This document shows, piece after piece, positions 18,176 through 23,068 of a stretch of DNA of 23,068 bases (its first letter is position 1; every line of letters starts with the position of its first letter). This DNA is from Chlamydiota bacterium (GTDB lineage: Bacteria; Auribacterota; Tritonobacteria; UBA1439), in the NCBI GenBank assembly GCA_037133055.1, contig JBAXOY010000044.1:1-23068 (forward strand), read 5' to 3'. The notes beneath the pieces were generated by a model, which worked only from the letters and a program-made list of their open reading frames with translations, ran no database searches and was not told the origin of the DNA. A program made the position numbers and the translations under genes.

Positions 18176-19051
18176 ATGAAGAGCATGACCGGGTACGGCG
18201 AGGGCGAGGCGAAAGGCGCGTTCGGCCGCTGCAGCGTGCAGATCCAGAGCGTCAACGGGCGGTACTTCAAACTGACGGCGAACATCCCGCGGGAGATCGC
18301 CCCGCTCGAGCCGAGGATCAGGGGCTATCTACAGGAGAGGACGGGCCGGGGCCAGGTCACCGCCTATCTGGTGTTCACCCCGCCCGAGGGGAGCATGGAG
18401 CGCGTGGTGATCGACCGGCGCGCCTGCAAAGAGCTTGCCTCGCAGTTCAGGAAAATATCCTCGTGGCTGTGTCTCGATGGGGGGCTCGACCTCCGGACGC
18501 TCGTCAACACGGGGGTGATCGTCCGCACGGAGATGGTGAGACTTTCCCGGAAGCCGGTCTGGGGGCTCGTGCGGCGGGCGCTCGCCGGCGCCTGCGACGA
18601 CTTCGCGAAGAGCCAGGAGCGCGAGGGGCGCGCGCTCGCGAACGATTTCGTCAGGCGCTGGAGGAGGGTGGATTCCCTGATCGCGAAGATCGACCTTTTG
18701 CGGGCGGGGAGCGCGCGCCGCTACGAGGAGAAGATCCGCGGGAAGGTGCGCGCGGTGCTCGAGGGGGCCTCCTACGACGAGGGCCGCCTGCTCGCGGAGG
18801 TGAGCATCTACGCGGACAGGGTCGACATTACGGAGGAGATCGTGCGGCTGAGGAGTCACATGAAGGGATTCCGAAAGCTTCTCTCCGCGGAGGGCGAGAT
18901 CGGGAAGAAGCTGGACTTCACCATGCAGGAGATCCAGCGCGAGGTGAACACCTCCGCGAACAAGGCGAACGACGCGCGCATCTCGGGCCTCGCCATCGAG
19001 ATCAAGGCCGAGATGGAGAAGATACGGGAGCAACTGCAGAATGTACAGTGA
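18176..19051 (+). CDS. yicC: YicC/YloC family endoribonuclease
   Basis: MKSMTGYG, SVNGRY, DITEEIVRL.SH, GKKLDF..QE..REVNT..NK, EKIREQLQNVQ. Confidence 0.93.
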   Translation: MKSMTGYGEGEAKGAFGRCSVQIQSVNGRYFKLTANIPREIAPLEPRIRGYLQERTGRGQVTAYLVFTPPEGSMERVVIDRRACKELASQFRKISSWLCLDGGLDLRTLVNTGVIVRTEMVRLSRKPVWGLVRRALAGACDDFAKSQEREGRALANDFVRRWRRVDSLIAKIDLLRAGSARRYEEKIRGKVRAVLEGASYDEGRLLAEVSIYADRVDITEEIVRLRSHMKGFRKLLSAEGEIGKKLDFTMQEIQREVNTSANKANDARISGLAIEIKAEMEKIREQLQNVQ

Positions 19052-19076
19052 CCCCGGGGGGAATGCCTCAGTCATG

Positions 19077-19260
19077 GTAACTGCTCAGGAGCCAGAATTC
19101 AGGAGTCAGAAGCCAGGAGTTGGAATGAGGACGCCGACGGCGATAGTCAAGAACTTGGGATATGGCGATGGTTCCGGGCTGGATTCAGTACGCTGTGGGA
19201 AGCGTATCCGCGACCCATTCTGGATTCTGGCTCCTGGCTTCTGACTACCTGAGTAGTTAC
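19077..19260. mobile_element. 184-bp non-autonomous MITE with TIRs, internal inverted heptamer arms and 8-bp TSD
   Basis: GTAACTGCTCAGG...CCTGAGTAGTTAC (12/13 inverted match); CAGTCATG directly on both sides (19069-19076, 19261-19268). Confidence 0.85.
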
Positions 19261-19284
19261 CAGTCATGGCGGGCCATCACATTA

Positions 19285-19325
19285 TTCCCCTCCCCCCTTG
19301 AGGGGGAGGGAAAGGGTGGGGGGTA
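19285..19325. repeat. REP-like hairpin (CCCCTCCCCC-TTGA-GGGGGAGGG type)
   Basis: TTCCCCTCCCCCCTTGAGGGGGAGGGAA followed by GGGTGGGGGGT. Confidence 0.6.
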
Positions 19326-19400
19326 AAAATACCCCATGAGACTGTCCCCTACCCCTGGCGTGAGTTTCCCGTTGATAGTTTCCCGGGATTGAGGTTAACT

Positions 19401-20021
19401 ATGGGGCAGAGACCTATGCGCAAGGGAATTTTGTTCGTCATGACGGCCCCCTCGGGGGCGGGCAAGACCACGCTCCTGGACCTCCTGCTGAAGGAGGTGA
19501 CTCGCCTCGATTACTCGGTCTCGGTCACCACGCGGCCCCCTCGGCGGGGCGAGGCCGACGGGGAGGCATATCATTTCACGACCCGCGCGGAGTTCGAGGC
19601 GATGCTCGCCGCGGGCGAGTTTCTCGAACACGCCGTCGTGTACGACAACTACTACGGCACGCGGCGGAGCGCGATCGAGAAGGCGCTCGCGGCCGGGAAC
19701 GACATCATCCTCGACATCGACGTCCGCGGGGCGCTCCAGGTCATGGAGAAGAGCTACCCCGGGGTCTTCGTCTATATTATGCCGCCCTCGATGCGGGAGC
19801 TTGAACAGAGGCTTCGGGGAAGGGCGACCGACTCCGAGGAGGTCATCCGGAAGCGCCTCTCGCTCGCCCGGGAGGAGATGGGGTACGCGGGGCGGTACGA
19901 TTACGTCGTGGTCAACGACAAACTCGATGCGGCCCGCGACGAGCTGCGTTCGATCATCGTCGCGGAGCGGCAGCGCGCGAGCCGCAACGGGGAGCTCATC
20001 GAAAGGATAACCGGGGGATGA
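19401..20021 (+). CDS. gmk: Guanylate kinase
   Basis: APSGAGKTT, SVTTRPPR.GE.DG..YHF, EHA.VY.NYYGT, LDIDVRGA, PPS..ELE.RL.GR.TDS; ATG 19401 after GAGG (19416 is an alternative). Confidence 0.96.
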   Translation: MGQRPMRKGILFVMTAPSGAGKTTLLDLLLKEVTRLDYSVSVTTRPPRRGEADGEAYHFTTRAEFEAMLAAGEFLEHAVVYDNYYGTRRSAIEKALAAGNDIILDIDVRGALQVMEKSYPGVFVYIMPPSMRELEQRLRGRATDSEEVIRKRLSLAREEMGYAGRYDYVVVNDKLDAARDELRSIIVAERQRASRNGELIERITGG

Positions 20022-20593
20022 AAAAGAGGCGGGTTGCGGCGGCGCGCGCTACGGCGCTCAAGGGGAGGAAGATCCTCGTCGGGGTCACGGGGGGTATCGC
20101 CGCCTACAAGGCCTGCGAGCTCGTGAGCAGGCTCTCTCAGGCCGGCGCCGAGGTGCGGGTGGTCATGACCCGCGCAGCGCAGGAGTTCGTCACGCCCCTC
20201 TCCTTCAGGGCGCTCGCCCGCGGGCCGGTGTTTACAGAGATGTTCGACGCCCCTCCAGAGTTCGACCCGGTCCACGTGAGCCTGGCGGAATGGGCGGACG
20301 CCGTCGTCGTCGCCCCGGCGACCGCGAACGTCATCGGGAAGGTCGCGTGCGGCATCGCGGACGACCTGCTCACCTGCACCGTGATGGCGACGAAGGCGCC
20401 CGTCCTCATCGCCCCGGCGATGCACGAGGCCATGTGGCGCGGCCCCGCCGTCCGGGCCAACGTCGCCGCCCTGAAGCGCCGCGGTTTCCGCATAGTCGGG
20501 CCCGACGAGGGGCACCTCGCCTGCGGCGCCGAGGGCCCCGGGCGCCTCGCGGATACGGCGCAGATCATCGAGTCGATCGAGAGGCTGGTGTAA
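20018..20593 (+). CDS. coaC: Phosphopantothenoylcysteine decarboxylase (stand-alone CoaC)
   Basis: GVTGGIAAYKA, HVSLAEWAD, APATAN, GIADDLL, PAMH..MW, LACG.EG.GR. Confidence 0.92.
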   Translation: MKKRRVAAARATALKGRKILVGVTGGIAAYKACELVSRLSQAGAEVRVVMTRAAQEFVTPLSFRALARGPVFTEMFDAPPEFDPVHVSLAEWADAVVVAPATANVIGKVACGIADDLLTCTVMATKAPVLIAPAMHEAMWRGPAVRANVAALKRRGFRIVGPDEGHLACGAEGPGRLADTAQIIESIERLV

Positions 20594-20594
20594 G

Positions 20595-21317
20595 GTGAAT
20601 CCCCGTTTTCTCATCACCGCGGGCCCCACCCGCGAGTATCTCGATCCGGTCCGTTTCCTCTCCAACCCCTCCAGCGGGAAAATGGGCTACGCCCTCGCCC
20701 GCGCCGCTCTCCGCGCAGGGGCGCGGGTCACCCTGGTGAGCGGCCCCGTCGCGCTGAAACCCCCGGCGGGGGCGCGCCTCGTGGGGGTCGAGAGCGCGGC
20801 GGATATGCGCCGCGCGGTGCGGCGTTTCTCGCGCGATGCCGACGTCATCGTCATGGCGGCGGCGGTGGCCGACTACAGGCCCGCGCGGCGGCTCCGGCGC
20901 AAGATGAAAAAAGGGGCCTCCGCCCTTTCCGTGAAAATGGTGCGGACGCGGGACATCCTCGCCGAGCTCGGGCGGCGCCGCGGGCGCGCCGTGCTGGTCG
21001 GGTTCGCGGCGGAGACGGGGAGGCTCGTCCCGGAGGCGGAGCGGAAACTCAGGGCGAAGCGTCTCGACCTCATCGTCGCGAACGACGTCTCGCGTCCGGG
21101 CGCGGGGTTCGGAAGCGACTTCAACGAGGCCTTCCTGATCGACCGGCACGGGGCGCGCGACCGCGTTCCCCGGATGACGAAGGGCAGGCTCGCGCGGCTG
21201 ATCGTGCGCCGGTGCCTGGAGATGCGGGCGGAATTTGAGAAGCGGGAAGGGCGGGGATCTGGTGCCGGAGGCCGGACTCGAACCGGCACGGCTACTCACG
21301 TAGCCTCGGGATTTTAA
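20595..21317 (+). CDS. coaB: Phosphopantothenate--cysteine ligase (stand-alone CoaB)
   Basis: ITAGPTREYLDPVRFLSNPSSGKMG, AAAVADY, VGFAAET, IVANDV...FGSDFN; GTG start. Confidence 0.92.
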   Translation: MNPRFLITAGPTREYLDPVRFLSNPSSGKMGYALARAALRAGARVTLVSGPVALKPPAGARLVGVESAADMRRAVRRFSRDADVIVMAAAVADYRPARRLRRKMKKGASALSVKMVRTRDILAELGRRRGRAVLVGFAAETGRLVPEAERKLRAKRLDLIVANDVSRPGAGFGSDFNEAFLIDRHGARDRVPRMTKGRLARLIVRRCLEMRAEFEKREGRGSGAGGRTRTGTATHVASGF

Positions 21318-21350
21318 GTCCCGTATGTCTGCCAATTCCATCACTCCGGC
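21260..21350 (-). tRNA. tRNA-Leu(TAA)
   Basis: GCCGGAG acceptor stem, anticodon arm CGGGA-CTTAAAA-TCCCG, long variable arm, GGTTCGAGTCC T-arm, encoded ACCA. Confidence 0.97.
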
Positions 21351-21369
21351 GCGCGCATATCCCGGGAGC

Positions 21370-21398
21370 ATTATCGCATCCCGGGTATCCTTTTCCAA
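21370..21398 (-). promoter_or_regulatory. Sigma70-type promoter of tRNA-Leu
   Basis: TTGGAA-17 nt-GATAAT with extended TG on the minus strand. Confidence 0.6.
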
Positions 21399-21400
21399 GA

Positions 21401-21422
21401 GCTAACAGGGGGCTAACAGGGG
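21401..21422 (+). repeat. Exact 11-bp tandem duplication GCTAACAGGGG x2
   Basis: 21401-21411 and 21412-21422 are identical. Confidence 0.85.
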
Positions 21423-21431
21423 GACGGGTGG

Positions 21432-22550
21432 ATGGAACATGTCGACGTCACGGTCATAGGCGCGGGCGTTGTCGGGCTCGCGGTCGCCGCGGAGCTCGCC
21501 GGCGCGGGGCGAGAGGTCACCCTCGTCGAGCGTCACGACTCCTTCGGGCAGGAGACGAGCAGCCGCAACAGCGAGGTGGTCCACGCCGGCATCTATTACC
21601 CCGCGGGCTCCCTCAAGGCCTCGCTCTGCGTGGAGGGAAGGCCGGAGCTCTACCGGCTCCTCGAGGCGAACGGCATCCCGTTCCGCAAGACCGGCAAGAT
21701 CATCGTCGCCTGGGACGGGGCGCAGGTGCCGCTGCTCGAAAAACTGAAAGCGCAGGGCGACGCGAACGGGGTCGAGGGGCTTCGCCTCCTCGACCGGGCG
21801 GAGGTCGCGTCGCTCGAGCCGGATGTCCGCGCCGTGGCGGGCCTCCTGTCCCCGGAGACGGGGATATTCGACACGCACCGCGCCATGGCGTTTCTGGAGA
21901 AGAAGGCGGCTCGCCGGGCCACGCTCGCCTACCGCTGCGAGGTCATCGGTGTCGCCGGGGGGCCGGGCGGCTACACGGTCTGCATCAGGGACGCGGACGG
22001 GGAGGAGTACCGGTTCGCGAGCCGCATGGTTGTGAACGCCGCCGGGCTCGGGGCCGAGCGCGTTGCCCGGATGGCGGGCATCGACACGGCCGCGGCCGGC
22101 TATACGGTCTACCCGTGCAAGGGAGAGTACTTCAAGCTCGGGGGCCGCAAGGGCGGGCGGCTTCGGCACCTCGTGTACCCCCCGCCCACGCACATCAGCC
22201 TCGGGGTGCACACCGTCATAGACCTGCAGGGGGGCGTCAAGTTGGGGCCGAACGCGTTCTACGTGGACGCGCTGGACTACTCCGTGGACGAGCGGCACTG
22301 CAGGGAATTCTACCTCGGCGCACGGGAGTACCTCCCGTTCATCGAGGAGGAGGACCTTACCCCCGACATGTCCGGGATCCGGCCGAAGCTCTACCGGGAC
22401 GGCGAGCCGACAAGGGATTTTGTCATCCGGCACGAGGCGGACAGGGGGCTCGAGGGGTTCATCAACCTGCTCGGAATCGAATCGCCCGGCCTCACCGCAT
22501 CGCTCGCCATAGGGAAACTTGTCGCGGGCATGGCGAAGGGCCTGGCGTGA
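21432..22550 (+). CDS. FAD-dependent oxidoreductase, L-2-hydroxyglutarate oxidase (LhgO) family
   Basis: VIGAGVVGLA, ETSSRNSEVVHAGIYY, VNAAGL, KGEYF, LGVH, GPN, SGIRPKL, GIESPGLTASLAI. Confidence 0.88.
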   Translation: MEHVDVTVIGAGVVGLAVAAELAGAGREVTLVERHDSFGQETSSRNSEVVHAGIYYPAGSLKASLCVEGRPELYRLLEANGIPFRKTGKIIVAWDGAQVPLLEKLKAQGDANGVEGLRLLDRAEVASLEPDVRAVAGLLSPETGIFDTHRAMAFLEKKAARRATLAYRCEVIGVAGGPGGYTVCIRDADGEEYRFASRMVVNAAGLGAERVARMAGIDTAAAGYTVYPCKGEYFKLGGRKGGRLRHLVYPPPTHISLGVHTVIDLQGGVKLGPNAFYVDALDYSVDERHCREFYLGAREYLPFIEEEDLTPDMSGIRPKLYRDGEPTRDFVIRHEADRGLEGFINLLGIESPGLTASLAIGKLVAGMAKGLA

Positions 22551-22568
22551 CGCCGCGCGAGTCCCGCC

Positions 22569-22787
22569 TCACTTGACGAGTTCGGAGGGCTTGATCCCCT
22601 CGGGGGCTTCCCTGAGCATGGGCGAGGCCGTCTCCGGTACGACTATCTCCTCCCCGTAGGGCGCGCCCGGCACCCCCTTGAATGCGGGTATCCGCGGCGC
22701 TGCGACCCTCGGGACGCATCCCCCCAGTGCGGCGGCGGCGAGAGCTGCGATGAGGAGCAATGCCTGCGTGACGCGGTGTGTCTTCAT
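22569..22787 (-). CDS. Small hypothetical lipoprotein (72 aa)
   Basis: MKTHR + hydrophobic stretch + lipobox-like LGGC; RBS AGGGGG; starts just downstream of tRNA-Cys. Confidence 0.65.
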   Translation of the reverse strand: MKTHRVTQALLLIAALAAAALGGCVPRVAAPRIPAFKGVPGAPYGEEIVVPETASPMLREAPEGIKPSELVK

Positions 22788-22815
22788 GGATATGTGCCCC
22801 CTGTGCGTGCAATGA

Positions 22816-22891
22816 TGGAGGCGGCGGTCGGAGTTGAACCGACGAATAGAGGTTTTGCAGACCTCCGCCTTAGCCACTTGGCTACGCCGCC
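22816..22891 (-). tRNA. tRNA-Cys(GCA)
   Basis: GGCGGCG acceptor, anticodon arm GAGGT-CTGCAAA-ACCTC, GGTTCAACTCC T-arm, TCCA end. Confidence 0.97.
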
Positions 22892-22907
22892 GCGATTATC
22901 TGGCGCA

Positions 22908-22937
22908 AGGATAGCACAGGCGGGGGCGGTTTCGCAA
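22908..22937 (-). promoter_or_regulatory. Possible sigma70 promoter of tRNA-Cys and the lipoprotein gene
   Basis: TTGCGA-18 nt-TATCCT with extended TG. Confidence 0.5.
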
Positions 22938-23068
22938 TACCCTTGCGACACACCCTTGCGGCCCTTTCGGGCGGCGTAGGTGCGGGCGCAGTTGAGGATG
23001 TGTACTTGGCGTATGGTAACGTCAAAAGATTTATGCAAATAAGATAACCTCTCCATCACTGTTCGACC

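Noticed and set aside
19041..19244. 67-aa ORF
   Set aside because: It is a translation of the MITE repeats
21260..22891. tRNA-targeted integrative element
   Set aside because: No integrase and no duplicated tRNA 3' end seen in the window
22784..23059. 91-aa minus-strand ORF
   Set aside because: It runs through tRNA-Cys and its promoter; no coding evidence

Overview
GC-rich bacterial chromosomal region. A conserved housekeeping run lies on the + strand: pgeF, yggS, proC, yggU, ileS, dksA-like, lspA, lgt, rluD-like, manA-like, yicC, gmk, split coaC/coaB and lhgO-like. The - strand carries tRNA-Leu(TAA), tRNA-Cys(GCA) and a small lipoprotein. Between the normally adjacent pgeF and yggS sits an ~8.2 kb, visibly less GC-rich type I restriction-modification cassette (hsdM, yhcG/DUF1016, hsdS, a deleted gene remnant, hsdR) with no integrase or transposase. 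It appears to be decaying: hsdM has one in-frame TAG, and the accessory gene after hsdS has lost its middle. The most unusual content is non-coding. The RM cassette is bracketed by inverted heptamer-periodic arms. A 184-bp MITE with TIRs, an 8-bp target duplication and similar heptamer arms lies between yicC and gmk. A CRISPR-like array of 3x10-nt repeats with variable spacers lies between rluD and manA, and several REP-like hairpins are present. All product calls come from motif recognition by eye; no database search was run.
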